From Myxococcota bacterium (GTDB lineage Bacteria > Myxococcota_A > Polyangia > Nannocystales > Nannocystaceae), in assembly GCA_039028615.1 (NCBI GenBank), contig JBCCHT010000002.1, positions 320,001 to 384,000 of the forward strand: 64,000 nt of DNA, given 5' to 3'. The position numbers and the translations under genes were made by a program. This document shows, in pieces, positions 51,768 through 61,426 of this stretch (positions are counted from its first letter, which is position 1; each line of letters starts with the position of its first letter). Below the pieces are notes generated by a model. That model saw only the letters and a program-made list of their open reading frames with translations. It did not search any database and was not told where the DNA came from.

Positions 51768-52399
51768 CAGTCGTCGCTCCCTCCGTACTCGAAGACGTTG
51801 GCGAAGATTTCAGCCTGTGCAATCGCATCGTCGACGGCGTGGTGCGTATTGGGCCGACTCGATTGCAACGCGGCGGGCAGGCCCTTGCGACCGGCACTGG
51901 CGATCGGAATGCCGCGCTTGATCGCGACGGCCGTCTTCACGTCGAAGCAACGGGAGTGCTTGAAGGGCGAGCTCCCGGCGAAACGCACGAAGTACCAGTA
52001 CAGCCACGACCAGTCGAAGCTGAGCGGATAGGCCACCAAGACCGGACGGCCCGATCCGCAGCGCTCCGAGATCCAGCGATGGGCCCGCTCCATGGCCGCG
52101 GCCGGGTCGGCTCCAGCCTCCAGCAAGGCCTGGCGATCGAGACCATTGACGGCGAGCGCCTCGGGCTCGAACTGCGTGGAGATGGGCTTCAGCTCCGCGT
52201 AGAACGAATCCTCATGGCTGGGAGGTCGACGAAATTGGGTGCCGTCGAAGCTGCCGGCCACCACGAGCGCAAAGCTCAGCATCGAGTACGGACCGGGGAT
52301 CGGCCCGTCCGTCTCGACGTCGGCGGAGAAGTAGACGTCGGTGATCGGGGCGTCGGGGCCCGGGAGCCATGACGCCAATTTGACCGAGCCTTCCGACAT
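51767..52399 (-). CDS. DEDDh 3'-5' exonuclease (Rv2179c/RNase AS-like)
   Basis: DVETDG, FDW, HHAVDDA; TGATG overlap with the NTase gene. Confidence 0.88.
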   Translation of the reverse strand: MSEGSVKLASWLPGPDAPITDVYFSADVETDGPIPGPYSMLSFALVVAGSFDGTQFRRPPSHEDSFYAELKPISTQFEPEALAVNGLDRQALLEAGADPAAAMERAHRWISERCGSGRPVLVAYPLSFDWSWLYWYFVRFAGSSPFKHSRCFDVKTAVAIKRGIPIASAGRKGLPAALQSSRPNTHHAVDDAIAQAEIFANVFEYGGSDD

Positions 52400-52504
52400 C
52401 CCTCTTCCACCGGGCTCACGCGGCCCGCGTGCGGATCGTACACGCGTCGATCCGCGACGGCCATCCATGTTCGCCGCGCTGCGCTCGTTCGCGCACGGGC
52501 ACGC

Positions 52505-53701
52505 TCAGCCTTCGGGCTCGAAGTTCTGACAGGCGATGTCGATGCTGACGTTGAGCGCGGTCTCGACCGCCATGGGCACGGAGGCGGGGCCGCTGCACAG
52601 ATCCGCGGAGTAGCCGTTGGCCCCGAGCATGTCGGTGAACTCGTAGAGCCGGGTGGCGTGGAAGATCTCGCAGTCGAAGCCCGCGCAGCCACAGCTACCC
52701 GGCTGCTGGCAGATGTTGACGCCCGCTGCGACGTTGGGATCGCCGGCCACCACGATGGCCGACACGCCGTCTATGTCGCCGTTTTTCACGGTGACGAGCT
52801 CGTCGACCAAATCGCCGAGGTTGGGGGGCGGCGTGGCACACCCGATGCCGCAGACGTTCCCGCCCATCTGGTCGTAGGCCCCGTAGTCGTCGACGTCGGT
52901 CAGCAGCACCAACACGAGCAGGGCATCATCGCGCACGAAGTCGTTGATGCCGCTCGAGAGCAAGGTGCTGGCGCTGGTCAGGACGTGTTCGCAACCGAGC
53001 GCGGCGCCACCGATACCGCCCACCTGCCCCACCGCTCCGTTGAATGCGTTGGCGATCTCCATGGGCGTCATGGAGGTGGAGTCGAACCACGGGTCGGGCT
53101 CGAACCAACCGGGCGGGACCATGAAGCCATGGTCGTCGTCGTCGGTCACCGCGATGCGATAGTCGATGCCGCCGCCGTTGAGCGCCTCGAGAGCCATGAT
53201 GACCTGAGTGAAGGCCCCGGTCGCGGCCAGAGCAGCGCGCTCCTCGATCATGGAGGCCGAGCCGTCCACGGCGAAGAGCACGTCGATCGCCTGGCAGCCC
53301 ATCCCGATGCCTCCGGTCGGCGGCGGGCCGACATCGAGGATCGGTCCGCCGCCATCATCGGTGGTGCCCGTGGGAGGCTCGCCGCTGGAGTCCAGGCCCG
53401 TGGTGAGCGGTGGCATGCCGTCGGTCGTGTCACCGCCGGTCGCCCCCATGGTCGCCCCCCCCCCGGTGGGCGTCGCCGCGGTGTCGGCTGGTGTGGCCCC
53501 GTCGTCGGTGGTCCCTCCGATCGAAGTGCAGACGCCCGACAAGCACTCGAGGCCCGGGTCACACGCGCCGCCATCGGTGCAGCGGCAGTCTTGCGAGCCC
53601 ACGAGACAATCGTCGTCGCTGCCACCGAGCCCTCCGCACGCGGCTCCGGCCACCGTCGCCGTCATCCACAGACCAACCCACGTTCCCTTCCGCAAAGCCA
53701 T
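52505..53701 (-). CDS. Cys-rich lipoprotein with vWA-like domain
   Basis: Lipobox GAAC; CLVGSQDCRC...C module; IDVLFAVDGSASM (DxSxS), LLTDVDD. Confidence 0.85.
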   Translation of the reverse strand: MALRKGTWVGLWMTATVAGAACGGLGGSDDDCLVGSQDCRCTDGGACDPGLECLSGVCTSIGGTTDDGATPADTAATPTGGGATMGATGGDTTDGMPPLTTGLDSSGEPPTGTTDDGGGPILDVGPPPTGGIGMGCQAIDVLFAVDGSASMIEERAALAATGAFTQVIMALEALNGGGIDYRIAVTDDDDHGFMVPPGWFEPDPWFDSTSMTPMEIANAFNGAVGQVGGIGGAALGCEHVLTSASTLLSSGINDFVRDDALLVLVLLTDVDDYGAYDQMGGNVCGIGCATPPPNLGDLVDELVTVKNGDIDGVSAIVVAGDPNVAAGVNICQQPGSCGCAGFDCEIFHATRLYEFTDMLGANGYSADLCSGPASVPMAVETALNVSIDIACQNFEPEG

Positions 53702-53788
53702 GGCCGAGTGTACGACGGTGGTCGACGGTTTCACTGACGAAGCGCAACGAGAAGCGATTCGGGATGGGCCGGGGGCCGAAGACCACAT

Positions 53789-54691
53789 CTACTGGGGATA
53801 GGATTCGAACACGCTCTTGAGCCACTGCCAGACGGCGGCGATGCGGGGAATCTCGCGAGTCGCCCGATGACCGACCATCCACAGCGACCCCTGCGGGAGC
53901 TCGGCCAACGACTCGCGTAGCCGAGCCACGCAGGGCATGGCCTGCAAGTGCGGGAGCTCGGCGTAGGCCGTGGGCGCGATCATGACTCCGATCCCCGCCC
54001 GCACCGCTTCGATCTGGGCGGTCATGCTGCTGCTCTCGAGCACGACGTGGGCGGGCTCGACGTGGCGAGCGACCCACTGGGCGTCGGGCTGATGCGCCAG
54101 GTCTTCGCCCCAGGTCACCCAGCGCACGTCCTTGGTCCGGCGCAGCCGTTTGATCTGCGCCACGACGTCCGGCGATGCGACGAGAGCGTAGCCGCTGGTC
54201 GCCAGCCGGGTGACGACGAAGTCGCCCGCCTCCGGCCTGCGGATCCGCAAGGCAATGTCGGCTTCGTGCCGCGAGAGATCGGCATAGCGGATCGTGGACA
54301 CGACCTGCAGCCGCAGCCGCGGGAACGCGTCGGACAGCTCGATGATCCGCGGCGCGAGGAAGTGGTCGACGAAGCCGGGCGGGGCGGTCAGCCGCACGGC
54401 CCCCTCGGGCTCGACCTCGAAGCCATCGAGCCCCCGCGCGAAACCTCGGGCCGCCTCTTCCATGCTCTGCGCGTAGGGCAGCAGGCGCTCGACCGCGGCC
54501 GTGGCCCGGGTGCCATCCGGGGTGCGATCGAACAGGTGCGCCCCCATCTGCTCCTCGAGCGTGCTCAGTCGCCGCGACACGGTCGAGATGTTGACCTGCA
54601 ACTGTTCGGCGGCCCGCTTGAGCGAGCCGTGGCGATGCAGCGCCAAGAGCACCTTCAAGTCGTCCCAACGCAGCGATTCGACATCTTGCAT
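53789..54691 (-). CDS. LysR family transcriptional regulator
   Basis: WDDLK..LA...GSLKRAAEQL...STVSRRL HTH; EADIALR. Confidence 0.93.
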   Translation of the reverse strand: MQDVESLRWDDLKVLLALHRHGSLKRAAEQLQVNISTVSRRLSTLEEQMGAHLFDRTPDGTRATAAVERLLPYAQSMEEAARGFARGLDGFEVEPEGAVRLTAPPGFVDHFLAPRIIELSDAFPRLRLQVVSTIRYADLSRHEADIALRIRRPEAGDFVVTRLATSGYALVASPDVVAQIKRLRRTKDVRWVTWGEDLAHQPDAQWVARHVEPAHVVLESSSMTAQIEAVRAGIGVMIAPTAYAELPHLQAMPCVARLRESLAELPQGSLWMVGHRATREIPRIAAVWQWLKSVFESYPQ

Positions 54692-54699
54692 GAATGCAA
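54686..54699. promoter_or_regulatory. LysR box (T-N11-A palindrome) overlapping the LysR start
   Basis: TTGCAT-GA-ATGCAA in the divergent promoter; TGCAAACCCC repeated at 54695 and 54736. Confidence 0.65.
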
Positions 54700-54756
54700 A
54701 CCCCTCTTGAAAATTAGCTCAACGACAACCCGTACTGCAAACCCCATCCTGGAGGC

Positions 54757-55722
54757 ATGAGCGAAGTCCACACCGTGTTCGGAGCCGGCCAGATCGGAAC
54801 CCTGCTGGCCACACAGCTCGCCCAGGCCGGCCACCGGGTACGCCTCGTCCGTCGCGGGCCGGCCCGCGCCGCGATCCCCGGGGTCACCTGGATGCAGGGC
54901 GACGCCACCGATGCCGCCTTCGCAGCCGAGGCGTGCCGCGGTGCCACCACCGTCTACAACTGCACGAACCCGCCCGACTACGCCCGTTGGGATGGCCTGC
55001 TGCAGCCGCTGTTTCGCTCGATCTGGAAGGCGGCCGCCGACGCGGAGGCACGCCTGGTCCAGCTGGACAACCTCTACATGCTGGGCCGCCCGCCGAGCGC
55101 CCCCTTCGACGAGTCCACGCCGATGAACCCCTGCAGCCACAAGGGTGCGCTGCGCAAGGCGATGGCCGAGGAGCTGATGGAGATGCACGCCCAAGGTCGG
55201 CTCGAGGCGTGTGTGGGTCGAGCCTCGGATTTCTTCGGGCCCGACACGCCGAACACCGCGGTCATGCGCCCCGATGTACTGAAGCGTCTGCACCAAGGCG
55301 GCTCGGTCTATCTGTTCGGCAACCCGGACATGCCGCACAGCTACTCGTATGCCCCCGATGTCGCCCGCGGTCTCGCGACGCTCGGCACCCATCCCGACGC
55401 CCCGGGTCGCACCTGGCACCTGCCCGTCTCGGCTCAACGCACCACCCGGGAGCTCCTCGAGGCTTTTGCCGCGCACTCGGGGGTGAAGATCAAGGTCCGT
55501 CGGGTGCCGCAGTGGCTCATGCGAACGATCGGCGTATTCGTGCCGCTGTTCGCCGCGGTGGCCGAGATGGCCTATCAGTGGGACGTCCCCTATCTCGTGG
55601 ACGACCGGGCGTTCCGAACGACCTTCGGCATCGAGCCCACGCCGCTGCCCCAAGCGATCGAAACGACGCTGGCCTCGACCCGACCCGAAGCCGCACCCGC
55701 TACGGCCCGAACGGTGAGCTGA
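54757..55722 (+). CDS. NAD-dependent epimerase/dehydratase family protein
   Basis: GAGQIG, DNLYM, KG.LR, RASDFFGP; RBS GGAGG. Confidence 0.9.
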   Translation: MSEVHTVFGAGQIGTLLATQLAQAGHRVRLVRRGPARAAIPGVTWMQGDATDAAFAAEACRGATTVYNCTNPPDYARWDGLLQPLFRSIWKAAADAEARLVQLDNLYMLGRPPSAPFDESTPMNPCSHKGALRKAMAEELMEMHAQGRLEACVGRASDFFGPDTPNTAVMRPDVLKRLHQGGSVYLFGNPDMPHSYSYAPDVARGLATLGTHPDAPGRTWHLPVSAQRTTRELLEAFAAHSGVKIKVRRVPQWLMRTIGVFVPLFAAVAEMAYQWDVPYLVDDRAFRTTFGIEPTPLPQAIETTLASTRPEAAPATARTVS

Positions 55723-55734
55723 GCTCGCGACCGC

Positions 55735-55968
55735 TCAGCGGCGGGGCACGAGCGGATCGACCAGCGACTCCAGGCCGTTGGTCTTGATCTCGAGCGCCAG
55801 GGCCATCTGCTCCCCGAGCACGCCCTTGGGAAACCCCTCGCGGGCGAACCACAGCAGGTAGCGCTCGGGCAGGCGGATCAGCGGCCAGCCCGAGTACTTC
55901 CCGAACGGCATCGTGGCCTCGGCCAACTGCAGCAGCTGGGTGGGATCGGGCTCGAGCGCGCTCGCCAT
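55735..55968 (-). CDS. DUF3820 family protein
   Basis: MPFGKY...LPERYLLWF...GFPKG.LG....EIKTNGL. Confidence 0.88.
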   Translation of the reverse strand: MASALEPDPTQLLQLAEATMPFGKYSGWPLIRLPERYLLWFAREGFPKGVLGEQMALALEIKTNGLESLVDPLVPRR

Positions 55969-56043
55969 GCCGCCGACGATAACGCGAGCCACCGCGGCAC
56001 GTCAGCCACTGCGCACCCCCGGAGTGCTGCTAGGGTCGCCCCG

Positions 56044-56973
56044 ATGTCGGCCGCGTTCCCCCCTGCCCTGGTCCCCGGCCAACCCTTGCGGAGCCTGCTT
56101 CCCGAGTCGACCTGGGTCCGCCTGGCCGAGTCGCTGCTCGAGCGACACGGGCTCCCGAGCGCCGACGTGGCGATGTTCTCCACCGGCTCCGACGTGGTGC
56201 TCGGCTCCCGCGCCCACGTGGTGAAGGTGAGCAACCCGAACTGGCGGGCGCAGATGGTCAGCGAGCGCGAGTGGAACCAGCACCTGCGCGGACGCTTGCC
56301 GCTGCGCATCGCCGAGCCGCTCGCATGGGGGGAGATCGACCAGTGGCCCTACCTGATCACCGAGCGAATCGAGGGTCCCTCGCTGGCCGAGGTCTGGCCG
56401 ACGCTCGATCGCTCGACTCGCCTGCGGCTGGCGGCCGATCTCGGCACGATGATGGCCCAGCTGCACGCGGTCGAGCCCCCGGACGGGCATGCGGCACGGT
56501 GGCCCGCGTTCGTGGCGAAGCGTCACGCGCTCATGGACGAGCGACTCGCGGCGCAAGGGGCCGACGAACGGTGGCGCTCCGAGATCCAGCAGTTCGTGCA
56601 GCGAACGGCGCGACCCGAGCGTCCGCTGGTGTGTCTGCATACCGAGCTGCTCGGCCATCACGTCCTGCTCGAGTCCCGCGACCGGCTTCGGCCCACCGCG
56701 CTGATCGACCTGGCCGACGCCGAGGTCGGACACCCGGACTACGACGTCGCCGCGCTGGTGGAGTTCGTGTTCATGGGCGAGGCGGGATGCCTCGACGCAT
56801 GCCTCGGCGCCTACGGCTGGAGTGAAGCCGAGCGCGGCGCCGCGGGATCGCAGCGACTCGCGGCGTGGGCCCTGCTGCATCGCTTCTCCAACCTGCCCCG
56901 CATGCTGGAGGCCGTGGGCAGCCCTGCCCCCACGAACCTCGACGCACTCGTCGAGCGCCTGTTTCGCTGGTAG
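56044..56973 (+). CDS. Aminoglycoside phosphotransferase/choline kinase-like protein
   Basis: HVVK, WPYLI, LH, LIDLAD...G...YD; catalytic loop reads HTELLGHH. Confidence 0.8.
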   Translation: MSAAFPPALVPGQPLRSLLPESTWVRLAESLLERHGLPSADVAMFSTGSDVVLGSRAHVVKVSNPNWRAQMVSEREWNQHLRGRLPLRIAEPLAWGEIDQWPYLITERIEGPSLAEVWPTLDRSTRLRLAADLGTMMAQLHAVEPPDGHAARWPAFVAKRHALMDERLAAQGADERWRSEIQQFVQRTARPERPLVCLHTELLGHHVLLESRDRLRPTALIDLADAEVGHPDYDVAALVEFVFMGEAGCLDACLGAYGWSEAERGAAGSQRLAAWALLHRFSNLPRMLEAVGSPAPTNLDALVERLFRW

Positions 56974-57086
56974 CGGGCCTCCGATCGCCCGTACGGGTGC
57001 GCACCGAGCACCAGCGACCGTACCGGTCGCCGGACTTTTCGCACGCTCCCGCTCCGACGAGATCCGCCCGCTCGATGGGCGCCGCG

Positions 57087-58556
57087 TCAGCCCGAATCGC
57101 TGGCGCCCGACGAGGCGATGGTCGCCGCGATCGATGGGGTCTTGGTGCGCCCGCGCAGGAAGAAGTGGTGCACGAGCAGCGCGCCGACGAACCAGCCCGC
57201 GCCGAGGAACAGCGAGGGGTCGGCATTCGAGGCGAGCACCACCAGCACCACCACGCTCGAGACCATGTAGAGCACCGGGGTGACCGGGTAGCCCCACGCT
57301 CGGTACGGGCGCTTGGTGTTGGGCATCTTGCGGCGCAGGATCATCACCGCCATCACGGTGAGCGTGCCCGTGATGAGCATCGCCGCGGTGGTGTAGTTCA
57401 TCAGCTGCTCGAAGCTCTGGCTGAAGACCAACACCAAGGCCCACGCCGCCTGCATCCACAGGGCGACGACCGGGGTGCGGAAGCGCTTGTGGAGGTGGCC
57501 GGCCGAGCCGGGACAGTGCCCGTGGCGAGCCATCGCGAAGGCGATGCGAGAGCCGGTGAGCACGGTGCCGTTGATCGAACCCAGCATCGCGAGAACGATG
57601 AGGGTGGTGACCCCGAGCTCGCCGATTCGACCGAACAAGGCCCCCGCCGCCGCGGTGCCGGCCTCGCCCACGTTGGCCAGGTCGGCCATGGGGAACACGG
57701 CCAGGAACCCGACGCACAGAATGAAATAGAGCGCGGTGACCCCCAGCGTTCCGCCGACCAGCGCCCGCGGTAGATTGCGCGCAGGGTTGCGAATCTCGCC
57801 GCCTACGAAGATTGCGGCGTTCCAGCCCGAGTACGCGAAGTAGACCGGCAGGAAGGCCAGAGCCGCGGCCGCGGTGGTGGGCATGGTGATGGGACCGGGC
57901 GAGGCCCACGCTCCACCGTCGACCCCCTCCGAGGCGAGCACGCCGACGCTGGCGGTCAGCAACACGAGCACGGGGATCCCGGTGAGCACCACCTGGAATC
58001 GACCCGAGACCACGACGCCGATGTGGTTGAGCGCGGTCAGGCTCACCACGATGATCACCGCCCACGCGATGGTCGGATCCAGGCCGAACTGCAGCGGCAG
58101 CTCGTAGTACGGACCGAGCACCACGGGCAGCTGGAACGACGCCGTGCCCACGGCCATCGTGGCCAAGGACCCGGGGAAGATGGCGAGCAGCTGCAGCCAC
58201 CCCACGCCGAAGGCGATGCCCGGGCCATAGGACAGCCGGAGATAAGGATAGTCACCGCCCGCGCGCGGCATCATGGCGCCGAGCTCGGCGACGGCGAGCG
58301 CACCGAACAGCGCCGACAAGCCGCCGACGACCCACATCGCGAGGAAGGTGCCCGGGTGCTCGAGCTGCGCCGCAACCACGGGCGGCGCGATGAAGATTCC
58401 GATGCCGAGCATCGACCCCGCGACGAGCGCCAGCGCGGGGAGGGGGCCCAAGGAGCGGGCTTCTTCGTGGTCGGGGTCTCGCACGTGGACCAAGGGCCAG
58501 GGACGTTTCCGCGGACTGTACCGCAAGATCCCGCGAGTCTCGGCAAAACCGGCCAA
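57087..58556 (-). CDS. APC family amino acid permease (start may be about 70 nt downstream)
   Basis: GSMLGIGIF, ELGAMMPRAGG, FAYSGW, EIRNP, RPYR; about 12 TMs. Confidence 0.92.
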   Translation of the reverse strand: MAGFAETRGILRYSPRKRPWPLVHVRDPDHEEARSLGPLPALALVAGSMLGIGIFIAPPVVAAQLEHPGTFLAMWVVGGLSALFGALAVAELGAMMPRAGGDYPYLRLSYGPGIAFGVGWLQLLAIFPGSLATMAVGTASFQLPVVLGPYYELPLQFGLDPTIAWAVIIVVSLTALNHIGVVVSGRFQVVLTGIPVLVLLTASVGVLASEGVDGGAWASPGPITMPTTAAAALAFLPVYFAYSGWNAAIFVGGEIRNPARNLPRALVGGTLGVTALYFILCVGFLAVFPMADLANVGEAGTAAAGALFGRIGELGVTTLIVLAMLGSINGTVLTGSRIAFAMARHGHCPGSAGHLHKRFRTPVVALWMQAAWALVLVFSQSFEQLMNYTTAAMLITGTLTVMAVMILRRKMPNTKRPYRAWGYPVTPVLYMVSSVVVLVVLASNADPSLFLGAGWFVGALLVHHFFLRGRTKTPSIAATIASSGASDSG

Positions 58557-58717
58557 CGGCAGGATCGCGCCTCCTACGCCCGAGCAGGTCGATTCATGCC
58601 CGGGGGCGCCGTGGCCGTTTCATAGAGCCTCGACGCGGAGCGAGGCCTCTTGGCCGGCGACCTGGCCCCCGAGGTTTGACAGGCCGGAATTCCCGGGGCT
58701 AGCGTGCCCGCCGGCCC

Positions 58718-59938
58718 ATGCGCGCCCCCCACCCTCATGCACCACGGACGTCGCGAGCGACCGCCTGCACGCTCCGCCGCGGGCCGCTGCAAACGTCGCT
58801 CGGCAAGTGGATCGGCCGCGGGCTGAGCCTCGCCCTCGTCGTCGCTCTGGTCCCCACCGGTTGCAAGAACGGCCCCGACCTCTCCGCCGACTACGCGCAA
58901 ACCGCCCGCGAGAACTACGAGCTGGCGCTGGGCGAGTTCTCGGACGAGGACTGGGACGAGGTCATCCAGTACGCCGACTTCGTGCGGATCCGGTTCCCCT
59001 TCAGCCGCTTCGCGGTCGAGGCCGAGCTGCTGATCGCCCGCGCCGAGTTCGAGGAAGGCAACTACCTCACCGCGCAGGATGCCTTCCGCCAGTTCGCCAA
59101 GCTGCACCCCACGCACCAGCACGTGCGCAACGGTTGGGTCAGCTACATGGCCGCGGTGTCGGCCTACATGAACGGGCCCCAGAACTTCTTCTTGTTCCCG
59201 CCCGATCACCAGCGTGATCAGTCGCGACTGCGCGAGGCGTTGGTCGAGCTCGAGTACTTCTTCGATCACTACGGCGGCACGCCCTCGACCGAGCACGCGG
59301 CCGCCCTGCGCGACGAGATCAACCGACGCCTGCTCGAGCACGAGCTGTACGTCGCCCGCTTCTATCTCGACCGCGAGAAACCCGAGGCCGCCATCGGCCG
59401 GCTCGAGTCGGCGCACGCTCGCTACCCGGGGATCGGCCTGGATGCCGAGGTGTTGTTCCTGCTGGGCATCACCTACCTGCGCATGGAAGAGATCGAGCTG
59501 GCGCGCTCGACCTTCAGCGAGCTGCAGAGCCAGCATCCGAAGCACCACCACGGGAAGCAGGCGCGGATCTACCTGCGCTACATCTACGACACCTACGGCC
59601 CCGCCGATCCGGGACGCGAGCGCCCCGATCGCAGTCCGCCCAAGCCCCTGCCGCCGCCCGAGCCCAAGAACCGGGAGCGACCGGAGCACCCGGAGGCGAT
59701 CGAAGAGCCCGAGGTGCCCGCGGGTCCCGTGCTGCAGACCACACCGCCCAGCGGCGGAGCGAAGGGCACGCTCGAGACCGGGGGCAAGGCCAAGGTCGGC
59801 GGTGGAGCCGAGGCCAGTGGCGAGGCCAGCTCCGAGAGCGAAGCCAGCAGCGAGGCGGCCAGCGAAGAAGAAGCGGCGAGCGGCAGCGAGAGCGACGCGA
59901 CCGAAGAGGACCCGGACGCGGGCTCCGAGAGCGAATAG
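58718..59938 (+). CDS. bamD: Outer membrane protein assembly factor BamD lipoprotein with Pro-rich/acidic tail
   Basis: Lipobox PTGC; RFPFS, F.KLHP, RDQ, HELYVARFY, AAIGR motifs. Confidence 0.88.
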   Translation: MRAPHPHAPRTSRATACTLRRGPLQTSLGKWIGRGLSLALVVALVPTGCKNGPDLSADYAQTARENYELALGEFSDEDWDEVIQYADFVRIRFPFSRFAVEAELLIARAEFEEGNYLTAQDAFRQFAKLHPTHQHVRNGWVSYMAAVSAYMNGPQNFFLFPPDHQRDQSRLREALVELEYFFDHYGGTPSTEHAAALRDEINRRLLEHELYVARFYLDREKPEAAIGRLESAHARYPGIGLDAEVLFLLGITYLRMEEIELARSTFSELQSQHPKHHHGKQARIYLRYIYDTYGPADPGRERPDRSPPKPLPPPEPKNRERPEHPEAIEEPEVPAGPVLQTTPPSGGAKGTLETGGKAKVGGGAEASGEASSESEASSEAASEEEAASGSESDATEEDPDAGSESE

Positions 59939-59962
59939 CTCGAGCCCACGCCGAAACGATCA

Positions 59963-59994
59963 ACGCCCGCGAAGCTCACCGAGCTCGCGGGCGT
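59963..59994. terminator. Hairpin between convergent bamD and lipoprotein genes
   Basis: ACGCCCGCG(A)AGCTC-acc-GAGCTCGCGGGCGT; no clear U tract. Confidence 0.45.
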
Positions 59995-60016
59995 CGCCGT
60001 TCGGGGCCGGCCGAAG

Positions 60017-61426
60017 TCAGCCCTGCGGCGGGGTCGATCCGACCAGCGCAAAGCCGGTCATGTCCGAGTAGGTATAGGCGTCGACCAAGCCGGTGACCGT
60101 GTCGTAGGTCCCGGTCGTCGGATCCATGCGATAGGCGGCCGTGCCCGCCCCCACGCCCGGCACCCCGGCGACACCCCAGATGTTGCCCTCGAAGTCGATG
60201 CTCACCCCGTGCACGTGCTCCGGGATCGTGAAGCTCGCGACCTCGGTCACCGAGTTCGTATTGATGGCGCGGAAGGTGAACGGCGCGGCGTTGGAGCCCG
60301 AGACCCACAGGCGGTCCTCGCCGTCGACCATGCAGCCGCCCAGATCGAGCGGGAGGTTGTAAGAGGCCCAGGTGCCCGTGCCGTGGTCGTAGCGGTTGAC
60401 CGCCCCGCCACCGCAAGTCCAGATGCGCTCCTCGTCGTCGATGGCAATGCCGTAGCCCGACCGCCCGGTGGTGGGAATGAGGTCGTAGCTGAGATCGTCG
60501 ATGTCCACCCGCACGAGGAAGTCCCCGAAGATGTGCATCTCGTTGAACCAGAGGTTGCCCTCGGTGTCGACGACCGCCCCGTAGCCCCCGAAATCGTTGA
60601 ACGCGGTCAGGCCGTTGATGGTGACCATGTCGTCGATGCTGCCGTCGTCGCCGTTGAGCAGGATGACGTCGGCCGTGCCCCCGACGTTGGTGCCCGTGGT
60701 CCAGACCTGCTGGCCCTGCCACGAGCAGGTCCCCGGGTTGAACGTCCCCTGCGTCCACGCGATGGGGCGCTGCGAGCCGTAGGCGAAGGGCGAATGCCAG
60801 GCGACGCACTCCTCGGTGCCCCAGGCCAAGATGTCGGACGCCCCGGTCGAGGTCTGGATGCCCGCCATACCGTTGGACTCCTGGCAGTCGCCCTGGTCGG
60901 CGTAGACCTTGGTGATGCCGCCCGTGCGGTTGGCCACCGCCACGTCGCCGGAGAGGTTGACCGAGGTCCGCGACGGCAAGCCGTTGGGGTTGGGCGACAC
61001 GAGGAAGCGACCGACCTCGTCGAGCGTCTGCGTGTCGATCTTGGAGATCGTGCCCTCGCCGCTGTTGGCGATCCAGATGTAGCTGAAGGACAGGTCACCG
61101 ACCTCGCCCCCGCCACAGCCACCGCCGCCGCCATCGGGCGTCTCGTTGACGTCGAAGATGAAGCCGTCGTCGCTGCTGTCGGGGTCTTCGGTGGTCGCCT
61201 GGTCGGTGGTGCCCCCCGTCGTGCCCTCGGCACTCGATTGATCGGTCGTCGGGTTCGGCGTCGGATCCCCCGTGACCGACGTCGCCATGGTCGGGACGTC
61301 GTCCGAAGTGTTGCCCGCGGAGGCGTCGTTCTGTTCGCCTTCCTGCCCGGGGGTGCATGCCATGGCCGCCAACGCGACGGTCGCTCCCAGTGTCTTCACC
61401 CAATCTCGAGTCAAGCCAACATCCAT
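60017..61426 (-). CDS. Lipoprotein with Vgb/NHL-like beta-propeller
   Basis: Lipobox AMAC; Thr/Asp linker; YIWIANS...SKIDT, PSRTSV, GYG.A.D..G..W repeats, YTYSDMTG. Confidence 0.85.
   Translation of the reverse strand: MDVGLTRDWVKTLGATVALAAMACTPGQEGEQNDASAGNTSDDVPTMATSVTGDPTPNPTTDQSSAEGTTGGTTDQATTEDPDSSDDGFIFDVNETPDGGGGGCGGGEVGDLSFSYIWIANSGEGTISKIDTQTLDEVGRFLVSPNPNGLPSRTSVNLSGDVAVANRTGGITKVYADQGDCQESNGMAGIQTSTGASDILAWGTEECVAWHSPFAYGSQRPIAWTQGTFNPGTCSWQGQQVWTTGTNVGGTADVILLNGDDGSIDDMVTINGLTAFNDFGGYGAVVDTEGNLWFNEMHIFGDFLVRVDIDDLSYDLIPTTGRSGYGIAIDDEERIWTCGGGAVNRYDHGTGTWASYNLPLDLGGCMVDGEDRLWVSGSNAAPFTFRAINTNSVTEVASFTIPEHVHGVSIDFEGNIWGVAGVPGVGAGTAAYRMDPTTGTYDTVTGLVDAYTYSDMTGFALVGSTPPQG

Noticed and set aside
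48319..52399. Tyrosinase module and NTase/exonuclease pair as one four-gene system
   Set aside because: Same strand but about 245 bp apart with no functional link evident; treated separately pending synteny data
59808..59895. Imperfect GAGGCCAGC-type tandem repeats
   Set aside because: Encode the low-complexity Glu/Ala/Ser tail of BamD; not CRISPR or a mobile repeat
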